This document shows positions 51,470-64,000 of a DNA stretch of 64,000 bases, one piece after another. The notes beneath the pieces were generated by a model. It did not search any database and was not told the DNA's origin. It saw nothing but the letters and a program-made list of their open reading frames with translations. Position 1 is the first letter of the stretch; each line of letters begins with the position of its first letter. The stretch is from Narcine bancroftii. Taxonomy: Eukaryota. The DNA is taken from the NCBI RefSeq assembly GCF_036971445.1, contig NC_091473.1, positions 231,694,001-231,758,000 of the forward strand, given 5' to 3'. The position numbers were made by a program, and so were the translations under genes.

Positions 51470-51763
51470 GCATCAGGACTGATGAATCTCTCCAGACAAC
51501 CCATTAGAATTGTTATGAACAAGAATGAGTTTAGTTAATCGACATTTTTCTTGACATTTTAATTTATTTAATTTTTCATTATATTTAAGTATATTTAGAC
51601 CAGTTTTAATATTGATTTTTTTTCTGATAATATTTTCATCTTATAGCAATTTTATAATAGTTTTAAACTTAGCTTGTGGTTTGGCCAGCTCTTTCACAAA
51701 ATAGCAGTTGCACGCACTGGACCCTGTCATCACACGAGGCCTTTACAAGACATACCAGCTTTA

Positions 51764-52074
51764 CAGGTACGTCCTCAATTTACGACCTATGTGACTTACA
51801 ACCATCTGTACATACGTCCGAAATTTTTAAAAAAAATAACAGCTGCGTGTGTGCGTGCATGCGTGTGTAATGCAAGCACGGTCAGCTCCCCAAAGAAGAT
51901 GACGCGCAGGAGGAAACTCTCATCCCCTGCTGATAGATCCCCAGCTATCACTCAATTTGGAATTGAAAATGAAGGTAACCAACCAATTATCATGCCATGC
52001 TAACGTACTTGCGCCCATCTTCTGAGATGCAACCTCGTCAAAATGGAACATGGTTGTAAGTTGAGGACAACCTG
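51764..52074. mobile_element. Tigger-like Tc1/mariner MITE
   Basis: TIRs caggtacgtcctcaatttacgacc / ggttgtaagttgaggacaacctg with a TA TSD. Confidence 0.85.
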
Positions 52075-53700
52075 TACTCGTGTAAAAGTCAATCTCATGT
52101 AAAAGGCGACGACTATTTTTGGCCAAAATTCTAGATTTTCAATAAATCTCATGAAAAAAAGTCAACCCTAGTTCTTCACAAATAACAGGTCAACAGTTGC
52201 AAGTACATGTTATGAAGAGGAAGTTATTTTTTCCTGTGTTTGGATGTACAATTCATACAAGTGTTAAATTACAGATTCCTTAAGTTCATTATCAACCAAG
52301 CACTATAATTACTGTGGTGTAATTTGCGTAATTATCACAGAGTTTATTACATCACTATTTCTTGCATAAGCTAGACATTATGAATTTACTTCACTATTAT
52401 TACTGAATCCCTGAATGGGTACTTAATACCATAACTACCATAAAATTACGAAAGCTTTAACACAACAATTCATCTGCTTGCCATTCACAGATGTAAACGG
52501 TTATGGGTAGGAACACAGCAAAATTCATTAGCATTGTATTACCCTTTAACTGAGTCAGTACCAGGTATACTGAATGTTTTGTGTTGCAAGCAGGTATGTT
52601 ACGATTGTGGCCCTGTGCACAATATTACGATAGGTACCAGTGATGGTAATATACTATAATTAGGAGCTTTAAACCGATTTTACTTAGCTAGTCTGTTGGG
52701 TTGATGGATGCAAATAAATGAGCAAGTGTAGGAAAATATTTCTAAGAACTACAACACCTTATTTATGGTTTTTGTTATTTGGTAGGATGAGTGTTTTGAT
52801 GCACAGACTTTGTATTGTAACTGTAATTCATTGTGCTTTTGTTCTTTATTTGTTTAGAGATAGTTTGGACTTCTGCTACTGATAGGACTTTTTGGATTCT
52901 AGTGTGATTTTCAACATCTCAAAAATAATCTCAATGCAATAATTGATCTCATAAATTTAACATTAAAAAATATAGAAATTTTGATTTTTACATGACTTTT
53001 ATATACAGTAGTTGGGGGGAGAACGTTACAGGAAATTGACCTCAATGAATCAGCTGAAGGTGATTTCTTCACACCAGCTCCATATAGCAAAGACAAACCT
53101 GCTAAGCAATGTATTCTGGGTTTGCATCTCTCTATAACAAAATAACTTGAAGGTGTTATTTTGTAGGAATGATGGGAATGAGTCCAGGTTGTTAGTTTGT
53201 GTTGATGCATCAAACCATTGTCAGTGACAAGTTTAAACTGGGCAAATTTCTCTTGGATCAGGCAAAGAAGATGGAAAATGCATTTGTGTCTCATTTTAAG
53301 GTCCCGAAAGCAGGATTAAGTTTGTAGGATTAAAAAAATACAGATGAGAATGCCCAATCTTGTAGCTCCTTCTCAACCCTATCAGAGATTTGGCAATGCT
53401 CAGTTATCAATGATGCAAAGCAATCTTGTATTTGTTCTTTTTTTTAATTATTTGTGAGAAGTGGACATAGCTGACAAGACCAATAATTAATTCTCTTCCA
53501 CATTCACCTTTGTGAATGCAGTGGTGAATGAAATTCTTGAGCTACAGGAGACTTTGTGGCAAAAGATAATCCTGCTGGATAGAAGGTTATGGAATTGTTG
53601 ATCGAACGTTGAAGTGTGTTGGCGATGGGACATGGGGGTAATGGGGAGGGAGTGAAGGATGGCTTTAATATTCAGTAAGCATGTACACGTCTAAGAATCA

Positions 53701-54010
53701 TACCATATTTGTTGGCATACACGACCCACTTTTGATTTCCAAAAATTGGCTCAAAAAATATCCCCTGGGTCTTGTATGTGAAGTTGAAATAAGGCACCAG
53801 GCAGCAGTGCCGACCGTGCTTTCCGGAGCTATCACTGCTGCTCACTTCCCCCACTGACCAAAGCGGAACTCACCATCAATACAAGAGATGCAGGAGGAAC
53901 CCATTCGCCAACTTACCCGTAAATACACTAAAAATATTTTTTCTTAATATTAACTGCAGAAATGGGGGGTCTTATATGCCCGTGGGTCTTCTATGATGTC
54001 AGATGTGATA
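53701..54010. mobile_element. Tc1/mariner (Tc2/pogo-like) non-autonomous element
   Basis: Starts taccatatttgttggcata and carries 'gggtcttatatgcc' subterminal motifs. Confidence 0.45.
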
Positions 54011-54319
54011 TTTCTAATGATACGTTGTTCTATTCATTACTGAAGCTAGGGTGTAATGTTAAATGTTCCATCCTTGTCACTTGCCTTAATACATTGCAAA
54101 ATAGATAAGTGTGTAGCTACTGACATTCCTAGGGTCCATGGGCCCTTTGGCCCATGAGCCTGTTGCACCCAATTTTTTTTGGAAGGTGGGAGGAATCCCA
54201 TGCAGACACAGGAAGAACATACAAACTCCTTACAGACAGCATGGGATCTGAACCCTAGTTGCTAGTGCTGTAACAGCATTGTACTAACGGCAATGCTAAC
54301 TGTGCTGCCCCAGGACCTT

Positions 54320-54572
54320 GCCCAGTTAGAAAAGAGATGCAGAACAATTTCTTCAGCTAGATGGTGGTAAAGCTATGGAATTTATTGCCACAGGTAGTTG
54401 TAGAGGCCAGGTCATTAAAGCAGAGATTGACGGGTTCTTGATTAACCAGAGCATCAAAGATTCTGGGGAGAAGGCTGGGCAGTGGGCCTCAGTGGGAAAA
54501 TGCATCAGCTATTGATTAAATGGCAGGGTAGACTCAATGGGCTCGTTCTGCTGCTATGTCTTATGGTCTTAT
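54320..54572 (+). mobile_element. CR1 3' end
   Basis: Matches 34880-35135. Confidence 0.75.
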
Positions 54573-54964
54573 TCTCAGTTGCAGATTTCATGAGTTTGGG
54601 AGGTGCCGTTGGAAACCCTTCGTAAGTTTCTGCCATGAAAAATTCATCTGTGGTGTATGTTCAGAATATATAGTCAATCAGGTGGTTTGCTTTGCTTAGA
54701 TTGACTCAAACATTGTTATTGTACTTGAAGCAGCATTCACCCAGTCAAACAGAAAAATAATATATGATTGCAATCAATGAGATATCCCCAGAAATAGGAA
54801 AACTGGATTTTTGTTCAGATGTCTATGAGAAATATTGATGGGCTGCAAAAAGTAAAACCACAAGTATCCACAATGCATCAACATGTAAAAGAAACTCAAA
54901 AGACATCAGTGGTAGTCGATGGGCAAATGCTGAGAATCTGGAGAGACTCAGCAGGTCAGGAATT

Positions 54965-55470
54965 TAAAAAAAAAAACACAGAAATGCTGAAGGAACTCAG
55001 ATGGTCTCGCAGCATCCATAGGAGATAAAGATATATTACCAATGTTTTGAGCCTAGTCTATTTTTCAATGTATAAGCAAAAGGCAGGCAAGCATCATAAT
55101 AGACTACAGATTAAGGGGGAAGAATGGGTCGGGGGAGGGGGGGAGGTGTCCAGACCTAACCGCCGAAAGGTGTTCTTTGGATATGATGAAGGTGAGAATT
55201 GATTTTAGCTCTGTGAAAGGAGAGAGAAGGAAAAATAAAGGGATGGAGACTCGGAGACATGGAAAGATGAAAGGTGGGGGGTTTTAGCAGAAACCAGAAA
55301 AGTCAGTGTTAATCCCATCCATTTGAAGGGTGCCCAGATGGAAGATGAGGTGATGTTTCTCCAATTTGCAGATGTCAGTCTGGCAGTGCATGAGACCGTG
55401 GCCAGACATGTCAGCAAGGGAGTGGGACAGGGAACTGAAATGGGTGGCCACTGGGCGATCCACACTAATC
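54965..55470 (-). mobile_element. Penelope-like element 3' fragment
   Basis: Minus ORF PVATHFSSLSHSLADMS..KLEKHHLIFHLGTLQMDGINTDFSGFC is a GIY-YIG endonuclease end. Confidence 0.85.
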
Positions 55471-56369
55471 ATCCAAGGAGAGAAATGATCAGTCGACGTT
55501 TCAAATCAGGGCCTTTAATTGAGACGGCCAAGATGTGGTATGTTTTTACTGCTTTTGTTTGTATTACATATCCAGGTCTTGCGTATTGCCAGCTCACATA
55601 AGGGCTCCTGCAAATGAGCTCTATTCCTCCAGGGGAAGTGTTTGCTAGCAAAACAACAAATCAATCTCAGTTGGTTCTTTATTAGCTTAATTTGGATTTT
55701 GTGGCCTTTCTGGAAACCCGATTTGACAAAAGAAAATCTTTGCTCAGGATTTAAGATAAATAAAGCAGCATCAAATAAAGTTTGATATTCTATAATGGGC
55801 AGCAGCTAATTAAAGTAGCAAATAGACACAGTTACTACATCGAGTGAGCCCCGTAACATGATCGAAGTGCCTGTCAAATCTTCAGTATCGAGAGACATAT
55901 TGTATGCTGTCATATCTCTCAGCTTGTGATCCTTGTCTTGAGCCATTTTGGACTCAGAGAAAGGAAGAGGAATTCCAGGAGAGCATGTGGAAGAATTTAA
56001 GTAGCTGCTTAGATTGCAATGATTAATATTCAGAGACAGAGAGAAAAAGAAGGTAATTCTTTCTCTGCTCATGAGATCTAACTTTGACAGCAGTAATTTT
56101 TCCATATTTATTGTTGTGATAGTTAAGTATCTTTTTCTGCAGACATCTTGAGAAACAAAACTGCAATCTTTTGAATACATCTTCAACTACATCCAAGCTA
56201 TCAGTTGTTTTATTGTCATTTCAAATGTCTCTTAATATATTTGTAGTTATTTATTTATCAAACTGTTCTTTAACTTCTGGTCGAATGCTAATTATATTTT
56301 ATTGGCTTTGTATTTTAGCAACAATGACAGCAAAGTTGAATCTAATCCATCTAATATTGCATTGACTTT

Positions 56370-56718
56370 AATTTGGTTTTCAAACTGCCCACCCAAATTC
56401 ACATACCACCTTGAGCAATCTCTATGCCGTCAGAGCTCTGATTAGTAAGGGATTGCTTAAGATGGGATGTGAGTGGAAAGGGAAGGTTGAGAATCACTGC
56501 TCTAGACCCAATTGTTACTGAAATATTCTGCTTGAGAAAAATTGTCATTGGACAATTTCCTTTGGAGTTATGAAACCGTGCACATAACGAGTCAATGAGG
56601 TACGATAAACAGCGGTTTTCAAACATTTTCTTTCCACCCATATACTAATCACAGCACTTATGGCATAGGGACTGCTTAATGAGGAATGCAGGTTTAGGGG
56701 GCAGTTTCAAAACCACTG
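56370..56718. mobile_element. hAT compound MITE variant
   Basis: Same spacer and inner TIRs as 23546-23920. Outer ends ggttttcaaactgccc / gggcagtttcaaaaccactg. Confidence 0.8.
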
Positions 56719-57997
56719 CCTTAAAGGAAGGATTCTGAATCTGGAGAAATATTTCCTCTCTTTCACTTGCAGAAATGTTACAAATCAATGCAAAAGGTCA
56801 AGTACAAGGAAAATACAACTATATTTTGCCTCATGTTAAATCTAAAGGTGACCAATTATTTAAAATCATCAGTGATGATTTTCATAAATATCTCTTAAGT
56901 AGAAAATGTCAAATAATTCTGAATATATCAGTTACAAATTTAAATACTTCTTTAAAAGTTTTACTTTTATTATTCAGGGCACATCATGACTTAACATTAT
57001 AACCCCCGTGCATTTCCAAGCAGTAAAGAATTCTTGCTGCCAGAAGTATTGCTGCATTATGAGAACCTACAGGCTAGGACTATTTCTCTTTTAATAAATC
57101 CCAGCAGTGCAACTCACTCAGTTTGCTTTATGGTATTGCAATTTGTAGCTCACTGGTTCCATAATAGAAAGATGAAATGAAAAAAATGCTATGAGTAAGT
57201 TAACCCAGTAAATTGGAAAGAAAATTATCAGACTGAAGAGAGAATTGCACAAGGAATATCTCTGCAGAGATAGCAGTTGCATTTAATCCGATCCACCTCT
57301 AATTACGCAGCTCTCTTCACCATGCTTTACCCAACAAGGTTGGGTATTGTCTATGAAATCTATTTCTCGTTAAAGTAGTTAAATGATCTAACAGTGAACT
57401 TCTTAAAAGAGGCTCATCTATGTGCAAGCAGGTTTGAGAGAATATTTTGGCGCCAAGACTAGTAATTGTACTTGTTCCTTCTCCCTTCACGATGAAGAAA
57501 TTAAATGCATTGCGTCTCCCTCTCCCCAGGCAAAACAGCAGGCAAATTGCTTCATTATTTCAGACAATTGTTTTTTTTAATTAATTTGAATGGGTTAATA
57601 CTAGATTTGCTGATTGAGTCATTTCTATCATGCTCCTGGCAAGCTTATTACTGATCAACGATGATATCAAAGCTGGCGTGTGTACAAGGAAACAATCCTA
57701 ATCTTGTATTCAGAAAATTTAAGTCACAGATAATTGTAACTTAACTCATAATTACAATGAAAATCTTCCAGTAATATAGCATAGCAGAAGCTGGCCTGGC
57801 TGATAAGAATATGTAGGTCATGGCTGACTGTCTCTCGAGTTGTGTCAGCAGTGAATCCAACTCAAGAAAGTGAGACCAATAAAAGTCCTTCGAGCAAGTT
57901 AAAAAGGTTATGGAGCTGTCTGAGTTTCGCCACCCAGTCAATTCTACCTGGACACAACTACAGTGCCCTTACATCATTCACAATCACTGATCAAAAT

Positions 57998-58305
57998 CTT
58001 TCTTTTTTCTTCTTTCTTTGGCTTGGCTTCGCGGACGAAGATTTATGGAGGGGGTAAAAAGTCCACGTCAGCTGCAGGCTCGTTTGTGGCTGACCAGTCC
58101 GATGCGGGACAGGCAGACACGATTGCAGCGGTTGCAAGGGAAAATTGGTTGGTTGGGGTTGGGTGTTGGGTTTTTCCTCCTTTGCCTTTTGTCAGTGAGG
58201 TGGGCTCTGCGGTCTTCTTCAAAGGAGGCTGCTGCCCGCCAAACTGTGAGGCGCCAAGATGCACGGTTTGAGGCGTTATCAGCCCACTGGCGGTGGTCAA
58301 TGTGG
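57998..58305 (-). mobile_element. RTE LINE 3' end
   Basis: ORF 58068-58328 gives the RTE C-terminus. 11-bp TSD ctgatcaaaat. Confidence 0.94.
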
Positions 58306-58549
58306 CTGATCAAAATACATGTTAGCAAAATCTACCAGCTGAAAGAAAATTGGAAAACAGTTTTGAGTGTGCAGAATTGTGGGTTAATTTATTTTATCTT
58401 CTGCTTCGTAGGTCATTGATAGAATTAAAAATACTTTTAAAAAAAGCTGTTTGAAATAATTGCAAGACCGTTAGCAAAGAATGGATGTCCTTCTTTCTAT
58501 TCATTAGATGTAAATTTAGATATCGAAAATGAGCCTGGCAGCTCAGATG

Positions 58550-59005
58550 GTATCAAGACAAATCAAGTTTATTGTCCTCTGATTATACAACCCATCAAAA
58601 TGGCGTTCTCCAGACCTCGGTGCAAAACATGCAGGCACACAACCAGTCAAAACACACATACAAATAAACAATACATACACGGGACAAGTATACAAACATA
58701 TAAATAAATAGTGTTTTGTATATACGAGAATCTCGGATGGAGAGTGTGAGCAGTTCTTTTGGTTAATCAGCATTCTCGCTGACCGTGGGAAGAAGCTGTT
58801 CCTCAGCCTGGTGGTGCTGGCTTTGATCCTCCTGTATTTCTTCCCTGATGGGAGCAACTGAAAGATGATGTGTGCAGGGATCCTCAATGATCTTGTGTGC
58901 CCTCATCAAACGATGATCCTGAAGATCACATCAATGCGGGAAGAGAGAGACTCCAGTGATCCTCTCTGCCACTCTTATGCCCCTGTGTATTTACTTCCAT
59001 TCCAT
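58550..59005 (-). mobile_element. Rex1/Babar-like LINE 3' end
   Basis: Encodes HIIFQLLPSGKKYRRIKASTTRLRNSFFPR. Confidence 0.88.
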
Positions 59006-59200
59006 TTATAATCAGTTATAGAGATCAGAGGTTCAAGAAGGTATTATGAACACAAAATAAATATATCTTTACACTTGGAACTACAGGTACTTTGGAAGAA
59101 GGGCATTGTTTGGTGGTTTTAGTTGGCACAATTAGTAATAATTTGCATATGTAAAGCCATAAAGCAAAAGAACAGTCCTTTTGCATGATCATACCCAGGC

Positions 59201-59419
59201 AAGAAGACCGCAGAGCCCACCTCATTGACAAAAGACAAAGGAGGAAAAACCCAACACCCAACCAACCAATTTTCCCTTGCAACCGCTGCAACCGTGCCTG
59301 CCTGTCCCGCATCGGACTTGTCAGTCACCAACGAGCCTGCAGCAGACGTGGACATACCCCTCCATAAATCTTCATCCACAAAGCCAAGCCAAAGAAGAAA
59401 AGAAAGAAAGAAGAAGAAA
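59201..59419 (+). mobile_element. RTE LINE 3' end
   Basis: RTE C-terminus with a (GAA/GAAA)n tail. 8-bp TSD acccaggc. Confidence 0.93.
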
Positions 59420-59615
59420 ACCCAGGCCGATTAAAGTATACCAATCACATTAATCAGCCCCATCGATATCAAGTCTTTAACATGGCGGTGGGAATGGTGG
59501 TGGGGGGGGTGGAGGAACGACTGACACGTGGCACTACACCAGAGTATTATCATTTAAAATCAAAAACACTGCTTCATTGTGTGATTAGGAAAGATGGCTA
59601 AAAACATGATCATTG

Positions 59616-59913
59616 CAGGGCCGGTGCCGAAGGGGGTATTCGTGGGCCACATCCTCCCCAAATGAGGTATTGTGACATCCCTCCCCCAGCATAACTAGCA
59701 TCAACTAGTCTTCACGTGATAGAAGCAGCACATTTTCTATGTCCAGGGGGGCAGGGAGTGTGACAGCAGTGACACATGGAGGAGATTCAGGGGAGGTAGG
59801 TTGGCACCACCAACCCCCTCTCTCCCGCTGAGCGAGTTTTCGAACATCAGATTGTGCCCTAATGCTGCCCCTCCCCCCCCCCCCCCCCCCAACTTGTTCA
59901 GATGCTGACCCTG
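59616..59913. mobile_element. Possible hAT-like MITE
   Basis: Ends cagggccgg..ctgaccctg, GC-rich interior, only partial flank duplication (gatc). Confidence 0.4.
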
Positions 59914-61084
59914 GATCGCAATTTAAAAACCTGGAAAGGTGGAGGGGTTCAGGAAGGAAATTCAGGGAGGGGTGGTCATACTACATTGGCCTCTGCACAC
60001 CAGAACACTGAACCACGAAATTTGCAGTAAAGAAGTAGTGTCGAAAATTAGGGTGACTAACAAATTGAAAGAACAGACACCTTTGAGGGCTATATAATAA
60101 TTGGATAGAACTGCAGAGCTATGGAGACATAATGTTACAGAAAAATATGAGAGTAAAAAATTGAATTGTAAATGTAATGTTTCCAGACTAATGGAGGGGC
60201 AAGGTTGCACAGAGATAGATAATCCCAGGTGAATGAGAAATATGGTATAACAGTCTGGGAGATTAATAAATATCCCAATTAACTGGCTGATGTCTTCAGT
60301 ATTATTGTTAATTAATCAGTTGCCCATAATAGTATTTTGTTATATTACTGTCATATTGGCTTTCAATGTGCAAATCTTTTTAGGAAATGTAGTTTATTTA
60401 AATATTGAAAATGTTACTTGTTCAAACTGAAAATTTAGACATAGAGATTAATTGCACATATAACCAACAGATTATTCAAAGTGGAACAATGCTGGTGTTC
60501 TGCTTACTGTTAACAACGAGTAGCAGAGCAGCAAGACCAAGGAAACATGGAATCTCAGGAAGATTTTGAATGACTGCAACAAACTTTAATTTAAAAGGAT
60601 GCTTTGCTGATATCAGGACGCCTTGCTGACCACCTTCAGAAGTGAAAGAACAGTGCTTTATTTAGCATTTAATCGCTGAGATAATCACACAGCTGTGACA
60701 CGTTTTTTTCCAGGAGAGAGCAACAATGTGGTGGTGGCAGGGAACCTGAGATGGGTTGGGGACCTTGAGGCAGGAGGCAAAAAACATGCCCATTATTGCA
60801 ACTATCTTCCTTTATAATTGCTCTGACAGCATGGAGACACTGTTGTTTTGACTCGTTAAATGAAAAGTCCATTCTAAAGAGGCATTGAGTTTTTCACTGT
60901 TTATTAGAACAGTATGCATTAAGAACTTTGATAAAACAATTAAACTATACTATACAGACTGTACACCTGAACCAGATCTCCAATATCCCTCTAAAACTAA
61001 GGTTCGCTATGCCTTCTAACTTTGCATTTAATCCTGACAGGAACAAAAATTCTGTATTCTCAAAATATCACATTTGAAAATCTT

Positions 61085-62750
61085 CCACTTACCTCTCACA
61101 TCCTTGCCTGAAAACAATGTCCCAATCCATGCATTTTAAATCCTTCCTCATTTTCTCAAAACTGGCCTTTCTCCAATCGAGAATCTCAACCCGAGGACTA
61201 GGCCTATCCTTCTCCATAAAAAAACTTAAAAATAATGGTGTTATGATCACTGGACCCAAAATTTCCTCCTTCACGAAGTTCTGTCACTTGTCCTGTTTCA
61301 TTCCCTAAGAGGAGATCCAGTATTGCACTCTCTCTAGTTAATACCTCTATATATACATCAAATGCTTCTGTCACCTCTCAAGTGATACCTGTACATATTG
61401 ATTTAGAAAACTTTCCTCAATATATTTGACAAACTCCAAGCCATCCAGCCCATTTACAGTGTAGGAGTCCTAGTCAATACAATATGTGGAAAGTTAAATT
61501 CTCATACTATCACAACCTCATCTTTCCTGCAGCTGTCTGCTATCTCTCTACAGATTTGCTCCACCAATTCTCATTGACTATTGGGTAGTCTATAATAGCA
61601 CCATATGACTGTGGTCATACCCTTCCTGTTCCTCAGCTCCACCAATATTAACTCTGATCTGTCCTGCCTGTGCACAGCTGTGATATTTTCCCTGAAACAA
61701 AGGAAATCCAGAACATTGAGCTGCCAGTCCTTCCCCTCCTGCCATCATTTCACTTATGGCCACAATATCATAATTTTATGTGCTAACCCATCCTCTAAAC
61801 TCGTCTGCCTTTCATACAATACTTCATCCATTGAGATAGATTCATCTGAGAACATTTCCAGCACATACAACCCATTGACTTCCAATGTTACGTGCAACTT
61901 TCACAACATCTTTTCCCTCTTCCACTCCCCTATCTCTCTGACAATGTGGTTCCCATCCCCCTGCAAATCTAGTTTCCCACCAGAGCAGCATTGGCAAATC
62001 TTCCCACTAATACATTAGTCTCCCTCCAGTTCAGATGCAAACCATCCCATCAAAACATGTCCCACCTTCCCTGGAAGAGAGCTCAATGATCCAGAAGCTT
62101 GAACTCGTCCCTCCTGCACCATGACTTTAGCCACATATTAAGTTGCATTAATCTACCATTTCAAACATCACTAGGTTGTGGGAAAGTGTAGCAATCCTGA
62201 GATCACAACCCTGGAGGTTCTGACTTTCAACTTTGAGCTTAAATCCTAAAACTCTCGTTGCAGGACCTCATCACCCTTCTTATCCACTTCATTGGTCCCT
62301 TTATAGACCATGACATCTGGCTGCTCACCCTCCCTCCTGAGAATGCTGTGAATTCATTCTGAGATATCTCAGACTCTGGCACCATTGAGGCAACATACCA
62401 TCAGGGAATCTCAGTGCCTTCCACAGAACCTCTTACCTGTCCCCCTACCTATGGAATCACCTATTACTAAAGCTTGCCTCTCTTCTCCCTTCCATTTATA
62501 GCCACCAGACCAGACTCAGTAACAGAGACCTCATCGCTGTGGCTTGTCCACAGTTGGTTGTTCCCACCTCAACAGTATCCAAAATGGTATACCTGTTATT
62601 GAGGGGAACAGTCACAGAGGTGCCCTACACTGACCACCTGTCCCCATTCCCTCTCCTGACTGTCACCCAGCTATCCTTCACCTCCCTTGTAGGTGTGATG
62701 GTATCTCTGCAACTCCTATCTTTTACCCCTTCAGCCTCCCAAATGAGAAA
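61085..62750 (-). mobile_element. Degraded CR1 LINE (ORF1 and endonuclease region)
   Basis: Minus-strand RVEILDWRKASFEKMRKDL..MDW and a reverse-strand DFNFP-like motif about 61490. Confidence 0.65.
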
Positions 62751-63115
62751 ACTTATGAATTCATCGATTCAATCAGCAGAATGCAGACACAACAAAACCC
62801 ACACAAGCACCAAGATACAAATTACATTGATTTATTGGGGGGGGAGGGGAAGGGGGTAGAGGGAAGAGAATGTGATTCTCTTCCGTGTACTATACTTGAG
62901 GCATCATGCAGGACACATCAAGTAGACATGGAGACTTGACTGCAATCTGTTTCAGGCTACATCACCTTGAAATTGAAGATAGCAATGAGTAGCAGAGCAG
63001 CAAGACCAAGGAAACATGGAATCTCAGGAAGATTTTGAATGACTGCAACAAACTTTAATATTATAAACCATGGTTTAATTACTATGATATCCTTTCCATC
63101 TCAGGACAAAATATA

Positions 63116-63324
63116 CAGTGAAATCCCCACTAACCGGAATTCAAGCAACCAGCAACCAGAAAAAAAATTGCAGAAAATAAAAAGGTTAAAAAAAAGCAAG
63201 TTAAAATTGGAGATTAGTTTTCCAATCAGGCAGCACACAATGTCAAGCAACCGGCAAATTCACTTATCCGGCATCTACCAATCGCCATAGGTGCCGGATA
63301 CGGGGTGGGGGGGGAGGTTTATTG
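63116..63324. mobile_element. Tigger/pogo-like MITE
   Basis: TA-cagtgaaatcccc ... ggtttattg-TA, with repeated aagcaacc/ccgg motifs. Confidence 0.6.
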
Positions 63325-64000
63325 TATGAATAATTCACTAATAATTTTCAATGTAATTTTAGTAAAGATTTCCTTTCATTATTTACAACAGTTCAACTTC
63401 CAAAGCAACCCCTAATGTACATATTCAGTGTTGTAATTTGATGAAAGGAATATAAAAGTCAGAACCTACTTTGTAGTCTGTCAGAATCCTTCAGCCTGAT
63501 TGCTCAGCCATCCCATAAATGCTGTATACAAAAACTGTTGAGAAAGCATTCAACAATAATTCATGTTATAAAAAGGATAATTATGCCACTGTTCAAATTA
63601 ATCTTTACAGCCAACATCAAGGTCTTTTCCAAAAACCACACCATATATCACTATGCCCTTGGAATGCCTTGATCTTGTGCATTTTGGATGGCAATTTTTC
63701 CTGAACTCTGCTGTCTATCTAACCTAAACTGTCAAAGGGATCGAATATGTTATCCTTGTACTGACCCCCAACTATAAAATTGCTTATTTAAAACAATAGT
63801 CATTCATTATTTAAGCTGAAATTTACAACTATTAAGTGCACTGATTGGCCCAGTCACCAAAGATTGGTGCATTTAGTATTGGTGCTCATCACCCATGATT
63901 GTAAGGACATAGCTTTTAACTAAATCTATTAGTTGTTGGAAGGAACTTCTACATCAGTAGGCCGGCATGGTTGGCGTAGCAGTTGGCACAATGCTATTCC

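Noticed and set aside
55806-56186. 126-aa minus-strand ORF and a small hairpin at 55890-55920
   Set aside because: No protein motif. The stem is too short and imperfect for a miRNA precursor.

Overview
Eukaryotic, AT-rich, repeat-dense vertebrate DNA. The repeat mix (CR1, Rex1/Babar, L1, RTE, Penelope, tRNA-derived SINEs, short solo LTRs, hAT and Tigger MITEs) suggests a cartilaginous fish; this is inference. I found no intact host protein-coding exon that I can name, and nearly all listed ORFs are transposon debris or chance. The only host-gene-like signal is a minus-strand cluster at about 28.2-29.9 kb: a CCAAT box, a CT-rich leader, canonical splice sites and short ORFs. It looks like the 5' end of an unidentified long-intron gene or lncRNA. 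Most notable: (1) three LINE insertions (two L1-clade, one RTE-clade) have 5'-inversion (twin-priming) geometry, and both L1 breakpoints fall in the CCHC zinc-knuckle codons; (2) a young RTE family resembles, from my recollection, the horizontally transferred AviRTE; (3) several local duplications of unique DNA, including a 390-bp-arm inverted repeat and a 200-bp templated insertion with a target-site duplication (TSD); (4) a compound 'palindrome of palindromes' hAT MITE. Boundaries of degraded repeats are approximate.
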